Source: Takakia lepidozioides
Taxonomy: Eukaryota; Plantae; Bryophyta
Reading direction: 5' to 3'
Assembly: GCA_030704615.1 (NCBI GenBank)
Contig: CM060732.1
Location: forward strand, 21,018,001-21,082,000
Length of the DNA stretch: 64,000 nt
How positions within the stretch are numbered: position 1 is the first letter of the stretch; every line of letters begins with the position of its first letter. A program made the translations under genes and the position numbers. The notes under the pieces were generated by a model. That model was not told the DNA's origin. It searched no databases and saw nothing but the letters and a program-made list of their open reading frames with translations. This document shows positions 38,653-52,780 of this stretch, in pieces.

Positions 38653-38915
38653 TACGCTGTTGACACCCATGTTGTCAACAAGTGGTGTGAACAACTAAGT
38701 TGATTTGTCGAGGGACGTGCATACGGTATTCTTTCGTGTACCAAATGCTGGTCAAATCAAAGATGAAAGCATCTAAGCATAAATTTAAAGGATCTAAGAA
38801 TCTATTAGAGAATATTTGCTAAACAAGTTGGATGAAGACATGGGCATTTGGTATTCCAACACATACCGTTTGCCCACAAAATCAACCCTGGACAAATCAT
38901 CTACAACCACTAGTG

Positions 38916-38984
38916 GATGATTCGTCGAGGGTCGTAGATGATTTGTCGAGGGTCGTAGATGATTTGTCGATGGTTGTAGATGAT
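38916..38984. repeat. 21-bp tandem repeat (gatgatttgtcgagggtcgta)
   Basis: Three units plus partial copies at 38701 and 38990. Confidence 0.75.
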
Positions 38985-39286
38985 AGTAAAATTGTCGAGC
39001 ATTTGGTATTCCATATCTGTGTTTCTGATCACTGCTAAGTTAACCCCACTTAAGTTGCCTAGCTCTAAAGCACTTGGGGTTTGCCCTAAACGCAGTGCAG
39101 ACAGAGAGGGAGAGATCGCCAAGAGAGATGGAATGAGGCTGGATCGACAGTGCGAAGGGTAGGCGGGGGATGTTGTGGCAAATGGAGGCGAGAAGAGGAG
39201 TCTGACTGGTTTTTCTTCTCGTCTCTGCCTCGGAGACAGACTGGTTGGAGGAGAGTAGCGGGGTGGGAGACAGTAGAGGGGTCAGC

Positions 39287-42200
39287 ATGCCAAAGGTTCG
39301 CGTGGTTTCCAGAAACTTCATGGAGATGGTAGCGCAGCTACCTGCTGCCAAGCTTGATCAGCTCTATGAGCGCCATTGGACTTGCCAAGCCGTTTTAAGG
39401 TGCGCGGTGTTAGGAGCACTTTGAAAGTTAGGCTATGAGGGGAAAGAAGCTCCACTTATGTTGTCCACCAAAGATTCGGTAGATGTTTTGAGGCATTCAA
39501 GTAGGCATCATACTAGTTTTGAGGATCGGGACGACGGGTGGGGATTGTGAGAAGAAAGACAAACAGAGACGGTTTGATGCAGCACAAAATGGAGTGCCAA
39601 AGTCACTATGTTCGAAGATTGTTCGTTCATAGTCTTCATGACTCAAGGGAAGCATGGGAGGGTGGGTCTTATGTAGGTCGCTGCCACCACTGGCTAAGCA
39701 GTACGTAATGCGCCTTCTCTATGTGGAGGCAGCGGTCCCCAGAAAATCTTTGCAGGACTGGGCCCGCCCAGATGCTCTCTCCAAGCATCGAGTTGCTGTG
39801 GACAGGCTAGAGCAATTAAGGGTTATTATAGCTGAAAGGTCCCCCTTCTGGCTCACCAAAAAGTTTACAGACCTTGGCAGAGACTGTTGCTTGTGTAGGT
39901 TTGAGCTTATTTCCGCAGACAAGTGTTCTTTTTCTGTTTTATGTAATCCCTCTTTTCCAGCTTTGATTCTACTATCTACACTTTGCTAACTGGGGTATCC
40001 TGATTAGTCATTGGTAGGGCTGTAGTTCCCTTGAGCCTACAGCTAGCTCCTGCCCCATAAAAACCTCTCTGCCGAACCTTGTCTCAACATCCTGTCCTTG
40101 GGCACTGCTGTACAATTCTTAAAATAGGGGTTTGGTAAATGACTTGGCATGAGATCTGGAAACCTTGTGATTCTTTGATTGTATTACTATGGTTGTGACT
40201 GTGGGGAGGATCCCGGAGTGATATGCCCTTAGGTCAGTTTGACCTCCAAGGTGGACTATTTGCAGCTTTAGTGTGAGGTTCTCCTGCATAAAATTGTTAC
40301 GATATCTCTTGTCAGATTGTTTTGGATCTGCCGAGTGTTTCCTCCATATGGATCAAATTGTTGAGTTCTGTGTACATAATTGTATGGGAACCTGTGCTTC
40401 TGCACACATCCACTGGGTTCTCACTGGGTTTGAATTTGATCATTGCAGGGGAGGGCCACCAAGAGAGGTAATGCTAGGCACCATTGCTGCTAGGGTTCCC
40501 TCAGCTGCAGAGCTGGACGCCTTTGCCATGAAACAGTGGGAGGTAGGCCCTGACCTTGGGCATGTGCTGTCACATGTTTGCCTGGTTGTAATGCCATCCT
40601 CCCAAAGACTTTTGATTAATTATCTAGTAGCTGAATATATAACATGTTTTAAAGGTTTGTTTGTAGAACTGTCATTTTAGCCTCCTGATTGGGATGTTTG
40701 TTTTCAGTCCGTGCTGCTCCAACTTGTGACTCCATCAACTGAGGGTTCACAAAAGGCATTCATCATCAAAATGTTCCAGCGAGCAGGGCTTTTAGCATCC
40801 GCTAGGTGCGAAGGATGTCACATCTAGACTTTCATGGATTCATGCATCTATCCCTGGTTAAAGGTTTGTTTGTAGAACTGTCATTTTAGCCTCCTGATTG
40901 GGATGTTTGTTTTCAGTCCGTGCTGCTCCAACTTGTGACTCCATCAACTGAGGGTTCACAAAAGGCATTCATCATCAAAATGTTCCAGCGAGCAGGGCTT
41001 TTAGCATCCGCTAGGTGCGAAGGATGTCACATCTAGACGTTCATGGATTCATGCATCTATCCCTGGAAGTGGTAACATTCATTTGTCAAGAAGCAGTTGT
41101 ACCTCTTGCTCTAAATTCTTGGTTGGGAAGGTGTCCACAACTTCTTGAGATCAAGACTAGTTGATCTCAATTTGCATAATCTCTCAGATGCAGTCAATCT
41201 GAACGGGTAGTAGTAGGCGGCAGTAAAATTGTTCTCTAAAACACCACTGGTAGTTACCGGCAAGCATTTCCGTAAAGCTGTCCACCTGCTTTTTGGGACA
41301 TCAAGTCCCCTCTCTAGCATGCCTCTCTGCTTCTTTGCTGAAGGGGTAGAATTCCGTGATTCACAATATTAATTGGTGGACTACTGAGGGCATGGGAGCC
41401 ATGGCCTGGGACATTGTTGCTAAGCTCCCAGAGGTGGGAGATTTGTAAGGATGCCTTGTGAAAGGCAATGGTTTTCAAGTTGCCTGCTTCATTTGTGCTC
41501 ACTTACAATTTTTTCCCACTGGTACATCCATTTTGAACAGAGTGATTTGCTTGCTTTGTTCAGAGAGAGAGACAGAGTGCAGTATCAGTGCGATTGTGCA
41601 CTCTGAAGTAGCTGGGAGAGTTTACTAGGCTTTCTCTCTCTCTCTCACACAGACACAGACACACATATATATATATATACCTGAGGGAAAAAATTAAAAC
41701 TTGGGTACAATGGTGAATGTGGTTGTTGTCTTTCAAATAAAATTTTGTGTCTGTTACTGACTCTGTATAAGTTGCATGATTGGAAACTTTTTGGAACTCA
41801 CTTTCGCAGTTCTACTTTGCTGCTGTCTTTTACAATGGCAGAAACAGGCCATAGAGTTCTATATATGCAGAATGATAATAACCGACGGGTAAAATGGTTG
41901 ATACATGGGCTCCCTCTGCTTGAACATCACGCATCAGAGAGAACGAGCCAGCTACGATAACAGATACAGGTTTCCAGTTTCTGGTAAGGAGGCTCTTGAA
42001 CTGTGCTTTCCTTGTAATGTTTTAGTCCTTCAGGACTATTGACGTTGCTGGGATTGAGATGCAGCTGGTGGAGCATTTGTTACCACTGGACTTGTTATCT
42101 AATTTTAGGTGGGCTCGTATGTGCATAGCGTAACCTATGTTTCATGAATTTGGAAAACAGTACTTAGGTGCAGTTGTAGTTTTTGTAAATTTTTGGGCTC

Positions 42201-45200
42201 GGGGCTTTTGACCTTCTGATCTGTGTGGCGTGGCGGGGTAGTTGAGGGACATAAACTCTCAACTTTGGCAACTGGTGCGGGAGTATGTAGCTAATGCAGA
42301 GGTATTATGGTGCACAAGATTTTGCTGGTTGCATACAATGGCTCATTTGGGAGTAAAAGGAAAGAAGCACATGCTTAATTCTAGGCATTTGTTGACTGCA
42401 GGACCTAGGTTCAGATAGCGGGGAATTGATTGGCTTCCTTTTGGAGCTTGGGTTTCACACGGTTGGAGAAGTAAGTACTTGCACAATCCACTCTCTCATT
42501 TACTTAATGTTGTACCTGTCTTTAAGGGTTTTGTAAGTCAAATGTGCTCCCAGGTATAAAAGAGGACAGTGGGGCCCTGATTCTCCAATCTCACCAGGCA
42601 TCTGGTATTCTCTCCTGCAAAATCAGCACTCAGTGTACCAGGTAGATGAAGTGCTTAAGATTGGACAGCTTTTGCTACAGGATTGAGTACTGGTTGCCAT
42701 ACAAAGCATGGCAAGAGAAAGGTGAGGTGTCTGGTGTAGAAAGTGTAGGGATATCTGTTCTCATGGAGAATCCTCTGTCCACTTGGACCCACTTCATCTT
42801 CCCTTCGTCAGCAAAAGTCTTCCTCAAGCTTGTGTGTTGCCAGTTGTGTTGTCTGAGCCTCTTGCAATGGCCTGAAAATGCAGGCGTACAATGTCAATTC
42901 TCTCTCCAGCTCGTTGCAGAAAGCGTTGGAGCAGCTTGCTGCTCTTGGTCTTGTCCAATTACAAAAGGTGGGAGACCTTCCGTATCAAACTGATTACATC
43001 AATTTAGATCAGAGCTTGATAAAAATGGAGGAAAATGAAGACTTGCAACATTTGTCTGCTTCAGGAAATTTGAGTTTGAACCAGCAAATTGAAGTAGCAC
43101 AATTTGTGGTGGATGTAGGGCATGAAGGACCGATGGTACATACCCTCGAAGCTAGCATCCAACCTTTCTGCAAGCCTTTCTGACTCATCAAATTGGCAAA
43201 CCTCAGAGGTATCATGCCCTTATTACATGCTCGTTGTTCAGGATTCAAGGGTTTCATGTTGCATGTTCACGTTCATGAACATAATCTCTTACACAGCTGG
43301 CTCTAGTCATGAGAGTGTCTCCATCAGGTCAGGCACCAAAATTGCTTCTGGTTCTACATGCTGTTATCAGGACCCTTTTATCAAGCTCCTGGGGCATTCT
43401 GTTGCCCACGCTAGCCATCAAACGTTTGTGAAACAAGAGTGGTAGCCAAATGTGGCAGGGTTTTGTTATCGTGGAGACAAACTTTAGAGTTTATGCATAC
43501 ACATCATCCAAGCTGCAGACTGAGATATTGCGCTGTTTTACACGGTAAACTCCTTTGGCTTCTGTAAAAGAGTTAAGTGCATATTTGCTTGCTATCCACC
43601 CTCAGACGTTACTCTGATCTCCATACTACCAGGGATTGCTACTGTCCATCTGGTTTACCTCGTTTGCTTTCTCACAGAGGCTAGGAAACATGGGGAAGTT
43701 GTTGGGCTGTTGGTTTTCATCAAACCTTATATTGGACCTTCCCTGATGCCAATTCTCTCTACGGAATTTCTTAAAGAAGAAACATGTCATGCCTTGTGGT
43801 GAATAAAGAAGCTTATGAAAGTAAGTGTTTAATTCTCTCTTAGGCATCACTTTGCACTTTGCTGTTGGAGGCAATGGTGTATTGATGGGCTGAGTTTCAA
43901 GAGTCAAGATTTTCAAGATGCCCTCCCTTAGTGAGCTTGACGAGCTGTAGGGTGCATCAAAGTTGACACAGCTCCAACATCCTGAAAAGAGCAACCTCCA
44001 AGTGCTGTGTGGATCTTAGTGGGGTAAGGTTGTGTTTGCAGGCTTGAGTACCAGCTACCAAACTTGGTGGTTGCACATCTCACGAGGGAAAGTGTCAACG
44101 CAGCCTTTGCAAGTGGCATTTCGTCTGACCAGGTTCTGTTGCCTGTGCACCATTTCATAATGAGTACTGCTGGGTTACTGCTAGGCATGCATTTGTCATG
44201 CTCAAGTTTTGTAAGCAATGTTGGGGGTTTTGTTTGTCCTCATTATACTCAGTAGAAAGAAACGCTGAAAGTGCACTGGGTGCCGTGCAGATCATTTCCT
44301 TCCTACAAAAGCATGCGCATCCACATGTTGCACAGAAGCTGCCAGTAGTTCCTGAGACTGTGTCTGACCAGGTAGACTTCTTATTCTTGGCTGCTTTGAT
44401 GATTTGCTACCAGAAGTAGGTAAGCTGTCTAATTCCTAACGCAATGAAGATTCTCATGCTAGAATTACAGTTCCGGGTATCCCTTAGAGATCACAGACAC
44501 TATTGCTCGAGCTTCCTACAGGTGTTAACTGTAAGTATAAAAGCAAAGTCGACAGGGCACACTCCCCTCTCCCACAGTTGCAAGACACAGGGATAGGTAC
44601 TTGTGTGACTGTTTCACACAACAGAAGCTGCCAGTAGTCCCTGAGACTGTCTGACCAGGTAGACTTCTTATTCTTGGCTGCTTTGATGATATGCTTTCAT
44701 CAAAATTATCCTTCATTGGGTTTGGCTACCCGCGTACTGATGTGTCCTTCTCGAGTATCTTATCACTAATGTTATATAGCAAGTAGAGAGCCTGAGACTG
44801 TCCTGACTTTTTTGTATGTGTCCTGAGGCAACAGTCAGTAGAGGATGGGGATTGGTACATATATATGACCTTAACAGTTGATGTCAGTCCAGGTGGTTAA
44901 TAATTTCTTCTGGCTGCTGAGGCAACTTGGCAAGTGGGAAGTTCAGTGAATGTTCTGTTAGCATTTTGAAGGTTATTACAGGGTCGGGTCTTATAGTCTC
45001 GGGTCTTATAGTCTCTTTAATATCTTTGACAATGATGTGCAGATACGTTTGTGGGAAAGTGACCGAAATCGAGTGGAGCTGGTACCTGCGTATTTCTATG
45101 ATGACTTCCCATCCGTGGTAGGTGGAACATTAGTTGTCTCTTGATGTAGGAAAGTTTCCAGGGCACACCATAGTGCTACGGTAGGAGGTCTAGTAGTCAC

Positions 45201-45539
45201 CAAGCAGTCCCATGGATCACCAGTCGGACTGCGGAAGTTGTTAACACCAGCAGTCATGGTATAGGGAGGTTGTCCAATTATTCCTTCATTTTAAGTTGAT
45301 CAAGCTACATCACAAACACAGTATTTGTATGGAATGGATGTGGCATTTGAACTAAGTCTACTTTTGCGGGATGTTTGGAGCAGGAGGTATATGAAGCGGT
45401 GGTGTCATATGCTAGAGACATTGGGAGCCTTCTCTGGGAAGATTCTATTGGGCGCAGGCTTGTGGTGCAAGCTGAAAAGCATGAGGACATGCGAAGTTTC
45501 ATTCGTCGTCAGAGCAGCTTGTCCAATCAAAGAAAATAG
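39287..45539 (+). CDS. TFB2: TFIIH core subunit p52 (general transcription and DNA repair factor)
   Basis: Exons 39287-39399, 39677-39838, 40449-40542, 40708-40805 (duplicate 40917-41014), 41938-41983, 42242-42301, 42402-42470, 42884-42967, 43119-43208, 43459-43543, 44042-44132, 44291-44371, 45043-45117 and 45384-45539. Motifs LPPLAKQY, GFQFLL, VETNFRVYAYT, PETVSDQIRLWE. Confidence 0.92.
40649..41066 (+). repeat. 209-bp tandem duplication containing a complete TFB2 exon
   Basis: 40649-40857 is nearly identical to 40858-41066. Confidence 0.95.
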
Positions 45540-45572
45540 CTCCTCTTATTAACTGGTTTATATGATAGGGCT

Positions 45573-46250
45573 TTAGAATGTACTCATAAGACGTTGTTTG
45601 CCGTAGCCTTGTGGGCCATTGACCCCGCGCCCAGTTTGAGCGGAACACAAAGGGACAGAACCTACCTCTGTCAGGGGCTGATGTTGGTAGTAAGACTTAC
45701 CTCGGTATAACAAATTGATCCGGGTTTTCCAGATATCCTCTAGAAATCCCTTCACACAAGCATCAATCTGCTGTGTGTGATTTGACCAGTAACTAGGCCC
45801 CAAAAGGGCCTGGCTTTTTGGCTCAGCCTCGAGACTTTCAAAGTTGGTAAACAGAGGTACAAGCACAATTCCCTTGATAGATTTGAGGAGAGCGTCTCTC
45901 TGGTGAGAGAACCCCGGACAATGAATCAATATTGTCTTCGGGTTGCCCACACAACGGGCAATTGCACTCTCCCTTTCCTCTCTGCTTCTGTTTGCTGTTC
46001 AAAGGTAGGCTTCCTGCCCTGAGTTTAAATTTCAGTCTAGTGCCAAGAGTGGGTAGACCCTTGAGGTCATCCATGATGTCCTCCCCCATGTCACAGACTG
46101 GAAACAAGTTCAGGGAAGTTTTCTGCCTTGAGACTTGCGGATCCAGATCCAGATCCTTGAGAATCTCTTCTACTCTCGTCTGCCAGGACTTAGCCCGTTT
46201 GACAGGGCTTAGCCTGTTTCATAGGGGCTTTAGAGTTGAAGAGGGAGGTG
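45573..46250 (-). mobile_element. LINE 3' fragment (post-RT Zn finger region)
   Basis: LKFKLRAGSLPLN..CPLCGQPE..ILIHCP..LEDIWKTR; second copy at 59995-60260. Confidence 0.7.
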
Positions 46251-48982
46251 CAGAGAACCAACAGCACTTGACAATTAAAAGAGTATCTAGCACTCATGGG
46301 CCAATTGGCCCTGCAATTGAAATAATCAGCCTTTATTGCAAAGTGACATGGCTGCTTTTGTTCTTGGCTGATCAGGTGAAAGCATGAACATGCCCGAGTG
46401 CATGAATGCAGCAGTGGGTATTTGTAAGAGGGAAAGTTCATGCATAAGTGTTTTCCCAGACAAGTGAGCAGGCACTTCGCCTGTCTTAAAAATATGGCTG
46501 GATAAGGCAAATTCTGCCAGTGCCCGGGTCAAAAGCTGGAATGTGATATTCCCTTGGGCAAAAATGTGGAATCTGTGGAATGCAGTTTTCTGGAAAGGAA
46601 TGTACTCAAATTTACAAAGGAAGGTTTTCGGCAATGTACATCTCAAATGTTGTCAAATTGTCATGACATCATTTCTGCCTGAGCTGAAAACATCTCTGTA
46701 TCACGGTAAAATTCTTGGATTATGTGATGGAAGGTATCCTGGTTGTCCCTGTTTCTCTGGCTAGGATGAACTCCATGGGCTCCTGGGCTCATGTTGTGGG
46801 TAAGCAAGGTGTATAAGAATCCTAGCATGTGGAAGGGGGAGAGGTGTAGAGGTGAGAGTAGTATGGTGTATAAGCTAAGGGCTCGAGGCAATTATGAGAA
46901 AGACAAGTCTGATGTACAGTTGAATGCATTACTTGCCCTCAACTAGGTTCTTCATCAACAGAGAATGTGTGCTTGAAGTTTGGATGGGATAGCTAATGTG
47001 GATTTTGATATACATGACCAGCTAAAATGACACAAATCAAGGTGGCTAGTTGCGGAATGGCTCCACCCTTCAATACGTTAATATTGTAAGTTCAATCTGT
47101 ATCCATGTATCAGAGGGGGCTATGTAAGCATTGGCATGTGAGTCTGGGGTTCAAATCCCTGTGCTAGCCTTCAGGCTGGGGCTCTGCCCCTGTTTGCCTT
47201 CATTTGCCTTGAGCAAGATACATACGCATGTAACCGGTTTTGGTGTCTGTTTTCGGCTGTTGTAGAGGACCCTTCCTGTACAATTACGGCCCAATTCATT
47301 TAGTAATTCCAGATGCATGTATCATATATCTAAAATAAATCTGCAGGCCAGCTCTCTTGTACTAATGCAGGCTTGAAAATATATTTATGATTGATAGAAG
47401 TTTCAACTATAATTCCATATTCCTTTTTAAATAAATATACATAACAGGTTGTATAACCCTCAGTTATAGCAAAATTGATAACCGGATTTATGTGTACCCG
47501 GCCAAAAAAACATGTCATTCTTAACCGCAACCGGTTGGTCATTAGAAAGTCAATAAATTGAAGTAATCGGCCGACAAGGTTCTTTCAATATTGAGTTCCA
47601 ATGTAACTGCAACCGCATGTTAGCAAAAAATATAAATAACCGCCGGTATATTGATATATACATACCCTGGTGTCGCAAGTTTAGGTACTTGGCAGTGAAC
47701 AGGAGTGGCTACTGAGTTTTGCAGGAAGTAGCCACATTTTCTGTTCATCCACTGAAATTTGGACAGAATCATCCTCTTCTGTACTTTCATCCATATTAGG
47801 CGAATTCATCCAAGATTTAAATGTTATTGGAGAATTTTGGCGATTTCATCCATGAGAAAATAGGGAATTTACGACAGAATATTCGATTATTTTTTTGGAG
47901 GTCGAAAAAGTGCGAAATTTCGCCAGAAATAAAAACACTACTATACCCTTATGTTAGGGTATATTTTTTGACATACCCTTATCTTTATATTTACCCTGCA
48001 TAAAAAACATCCAATGTACCCTACATTTCTGAAGGGTATATGTTAAAATGAAGGGTATATCTAATCAGGGTATATAACGGTTAGGAATTAAGATATAATT
48101 GAGCAACCCGGAAACTATTCATACCCTCAGGGTATATTTTGGCATATATATCCTTACCCAGGGGTTATATAGAAATCTGAAAAGTTAATTTACCCATACC
48201 CGGAGGGAAATAAATTTTTGAGATTTCAATTTATCCCTACCAGGAGGGTAACTGATTTGACAAAAATAATTTACCTATACCATAAGGGTATATTGAAATC
48301 AATATACCCGCCCAGCACTGGAATGGACCCGATTAGGGTCCATGCCATTTTCATCCATGTGGCAGGTCACTTGTGTTACTAGTATATTCGTTTTGCGGCG
48401 ATGGGCCTGACGGCGGTTGACGTAGTTTTGGTGACGTGGTCCCTTAAAGAGCCGCCGGAAATGTCCAACGCGCCCGAAATGTGGTTTTGAATTTTTCACA
48501 AACTTGTTCAGCATTCATCTCTACAGTCCTTTTTGCAACTTTGGAGGACTGCACCAGAGGAATTTTGCATAAATTCCAGCTTCCATGCAATTTTCTATCT
48601 TTTAATATGGTGGAATTTTCAATATTATACCCTCCTCATTGGACATACATAGGAGCCACTTGAAATTTTCAGATTTTGGTCCTGAAATTTGGAGAGGACA
48701 CGTGTAACCCTCCTAAGGTTTCTGAATGTGGAGGTCCGCTCCTCCGCTCAGGAAAAAATATCAAGTCAGCAAATCACCTTGGTCAAACTGCATTTATTCA
48801 GCAATTTTTATGTGGAGTTGAAAAATCCACCATGGATTTTTGCTATAATCGGCCAATTCTGATGGTCAACTCTTCCAAAATTTTGTGAGTAGGTGGACAT
48901 AGTTGGTAGCTAAATGTTGGTAAGGTTCAGTTCTGTGGATGAAGCTCCATTGCCAGATACAGCCTCATCCTTAGGATATTAC

Positions 48983-49328
48983 CAGTGTTGGGCGGTTATT
49001 TGCTTTTTTTCATAACTGGCGGTCCCGGTTGCTTCAAATTTTAGGAAATTATTGTGGTTATTTTTTCTATGGCTAGATACAACCTGCGGTTACGGTTATT
49101 TGCAAAAACCTCAAATAACCGACGGTTTTCATCAAATAACCGCGGGTATTGGGCGATTCTTTAAAAGGTTCTTTGCTCGGTTATTTGAATGCCTGACCTC
49201 CGCCGGTTCCTAACTGGACCGGTTACTTCATTTTTTCACAACCCCCGTCATTCATATATATATATATATATAACCGGATAGGTAACCGACGTGTATTAGA
49301 GAGAAATTTAAATAACCACCCAACACTG
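48983..49328. mobile_element. hAT-type MITE
   Basis: TIRs cagtgttgggcggttattt / aaataaccacccaacactg; 8-bp TSD gatattac / gatattag; internal taaccg/cggtta motifs. Confidence 0.85.
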
Positions 49329-50079
49329 GATATTAGCAGACATGACACAGAGTGGGTCCCGGGATATCCGGATAATTAGATTGGCACGATATTACATGGG
49401 GTATACAATCTTCTTTTGTAGGTGGATATCCTGCTGTTGACTTTATATCCACCCAACACTAATCTCCACCTCTAACTCTAGCAATGATAATGGTCAATGG
49501 CGCGGTACGCCAACCATGCCTTCCTAACTTCCAAGAGCTTGGATAAGTGGCTAGTTGGTTTTTTTTTATTTTATTTTATTTTATTTTATTTTATTTTTGG
49601 AGAACAGGGGACATGGCCGTTGGTTTGGAAATTGGTTATGGTAGAAAGTAAGTCAATAGAAAAAAAGAAAAAAGAAAAGTCAATAGTATGAATTGTAAGA
49701 AATGGACGTGGTCATGTGGACGGTGGGGAGGAGATTGGGAAATCCTTGACTAACTTCAGGTCCCTGCCCACCTGGTTGGGATATTGCTAAAAATAGTTGA
49801 TAACACCAACCCATGATGCCATGTGGATATTTTAATATATCATAGATTATCTAACATCATCGATGGTAGTTAAAATTAGCACGTCTGTTCACACTTGAAT
49901 GTTACTATAGTGGTGGTAAAATATAACATCAAGATAGAATGACAAGCGTTCACACATGAATCTGTTATACATTTGTTCTCCCTGTCTATGTCTGTGCTCG
50001 TTTCTCTCTTCTACATTTTGTCATTGCAGCGTGTTGATTTCTTGTTCCACTTGCTTGCTTGTATATCACATCTGTCACC

Positions 50080-50578
50080 ATGGATTCCTCTAATGAGCCA
50101 AGCAGCGAGGAATTGATTTTATGCTCAAGTTTTCTGGTTCTCCTTGTGGAAATGGGGGCGAAATATGATTGAAACTACAAATACGACTCCACCTTTCTTC
50201 CTGCCCGATTTCAATGCAGAGACAAATGTTGCAAGCATGAAGCTTCTTTACGCATCATCTGTACTGAACAGCTACAGATTATCTTGTAATTTTCTCACAC
50301 TTTTGGGCCCTGACCTCAGAGATTGGGTGAAACCTCGTAGCACTACGTGGTTTTCCATTTTCTTGTTGACAGAGTTCGATGATGATCGCTGGATACAAAA
50401 TTTTCCTATGTCCAAAGAGAGTGTTCTACCTGTGTGATAAGTTGAAGCCTTTTATTCAAAAGCAGGACACCAAATACAGAATAGCAATACCAGTTGAAAT
50501 TAGGGTATCATGCGCTCTTTACAAATTAGCTCACGTGTAGCGAACAATTTGCGATTGGACGATCGACTGTGTCGCTAA
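50080..50578 (+). pseudogene. PIF/Harbinger transposase N-terminal fragment
   Basis: WVKPRSTTWF...DDDRWIQNFPMSK...LKPFIQKQDTKYRIAIPVEIRVSCALYKLAH..FAIGRSTVS; frameshifted and truncated. Confidence 0.8.
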
Positions 50579-52780
50579 GGTAGGGCACCCTATTATGGAT
50601 GGCTACATTTTAAACCTTTGTTACTTTAACATGTAGATGAGTTATAGAGTAAAATTTTAACCGCATGTAAAAAAATAAATTATTTCTCAACTCTTTTTTT
50701 TTGATTTTTTTTAATTTTATTACAAATATAATATGAATTTTTGAAGATAATCAATATATTTTCCTACATTAGACCTACAAAAGCTATAGTTTGGTTCTAA
50801 AAAATGTCTACTTTAAAATAATCCAAAGCCCATAGGAGTTTTTTTTGTACCATGGTTAGGAGTTGAAAGTCAGTAATAATGAAAAATAGTGCACAATAAT
50901 AATAGTGCCTGTTTATAGAACATACTGGCAAGGTTCGAGTAAAGGAGGGAAAGGTAGTGCAAGTTGGCCTTTGACCAATCCTGATTGGATGCCATCTCAC
51001 TATTATGACCTATTCTCTATTATGACCTATTCTGTATCTTATTTTGGAGTCTTGGCAAACCCTTTGGCGGTGCCTGTTGTTTCTGTTCTGATGAACGCAG
51101 ACCACTACTCGGTCGAACTAGACGGGCATGGCAGAACGATCAAATGTTGCCGATGTGCTAGGGTCGATGGGGAGCAACCTCAGGAAACCATGTAGATACT
51201 TAAGCTTAGTGAACTTTTAAGAAATCGTGCTGCATCTGCACTGGGACCGACGTTTGTGCAAGCAGGTCTGGACAGATGGTATTGACGACGAACTCTGGCT
51301 AGTTTCCTTGAATAGTGATGGGCATGGCTATGGAATGAACTTTTGTAGTTGAACGATGTGGGAAGATCAAAATGGATCACCTCCAATATGCAACTCCTTG
51401 GTTCTTGTGATGCTCTTGCCATGCCGTTGGAGTGAATGAAGCATGCTATAGGAGCAACGCTGGAGAGCTCAGGGTGTTTGGATTGGGGCAAAGCACGCCA
51501 TGGAAGACAACAAGTGGTCCAATGGTTCGTGCAGTTGCGGGAGTTGATGTATGTACTTCCCGACGACTTTTGCATCTCTCTCAACAAAGGCCCATAGATG
51601 GAACAAATCTCCTGTTCTGCTGGTGTTCTTCTCTAATACGCCCTGCATAGACCCACTTCTCTCTTATGTTGTCTTGCTTGTGAAAGGCTCCAATATGAAA
51701 GATTTTCCATGATGGAGTTATAGTAATAGCTGGGTTTCATGAAGACAAAGTTTGAACACCATGTGCACCCTTGTAGTAGAGTAATTTTGGTTAATTGATT
51801 CTCTCTAACATAGTGTGATAAGTAGGGCAGAATCTACTCCGAGTAGCCCAAAGAGGTTACGGAAATAATGAGAAGTAAACAGGCGTGAAGTAATAGCTGA
51901 GAGAGAGAGAGTTACATAGTTAGTTAGTTAGTTACTTCTTAGAGGTTGGGGAAAGACGTGGGAGAAAGGCCTTTGTGCATATGGTATTTTTTTTCTAATA
52001 CACACATAATGGGAGGAATGTATAACCTCCTGCTCAAAACTCCTACTTCAAAGTTAGTGTCCAAATCTTTAAGGGTGGTTCTACGCTGTTCAGCAGCAGA
52101 GCCCTGTATTGAAGAACTAGGGAAAGAGAATCTGCATCTCAGGAGACAAATTGAGGAGTCAGGTGTTCAAGTAGTTATAAACATGCGGGATGTCATTTTA
52201 CACAACAAGCTTTCTCTCTTATGGTATAGCATGTCTGCCAAATATGATTTAATGGGTTTTCTGGTGATTCTTGAGTCCAGTGAGCTCTAAGTTTGTGGTT
52301 GGTCCATCTTAACATTTGGTAGTGAAGTGTAGGCTGAGGTGGCTGCAGAGACAATACATAGAGAGCCAAGACAATCTGGCAACATTAATGAATCAGACAA
52401 TGATCCTGACTGCACCTTCTACAAGCACAATTCAGCCTGTTTTACTCTCTTTTCAGAGTCGTCCATGTCAATTATGTTTGATTCTGCAAGTGTAGCTCGT
52501 TGGGTGGATCCATAGTGGTTAGGACTAATATTGTGGTTAGACATCATTCAATTCTATCAATATTATAGAGCACATTACAATATAGGTCAATACATTATCC
52601 TATAGGTCATTACACGATAGTCTGCCTGATAATGTGAACCTTACGACAACTGGGAGATCACTATATATGTGACAAACCCTACTTCGCAACAATTTAGCTT
52701 TCCACATCTTAGAATTCCATATTTGGGAATGATGGTCTTTTATGTGGAGTTCACACAAAGAAGTCTACCTTCTATACTCA

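Noticed and set aside
47936-47945. CACTA terminus at cactactata
   Set aside because: It overlaps what looks like the end of another repeat (ataaaaacact), and no matching TAGTG end with TSD was found.
51080-51700. Coding-like sequence (ORF 51180..51587)
   Set aside because: No long open frame with a recognisable family motif.
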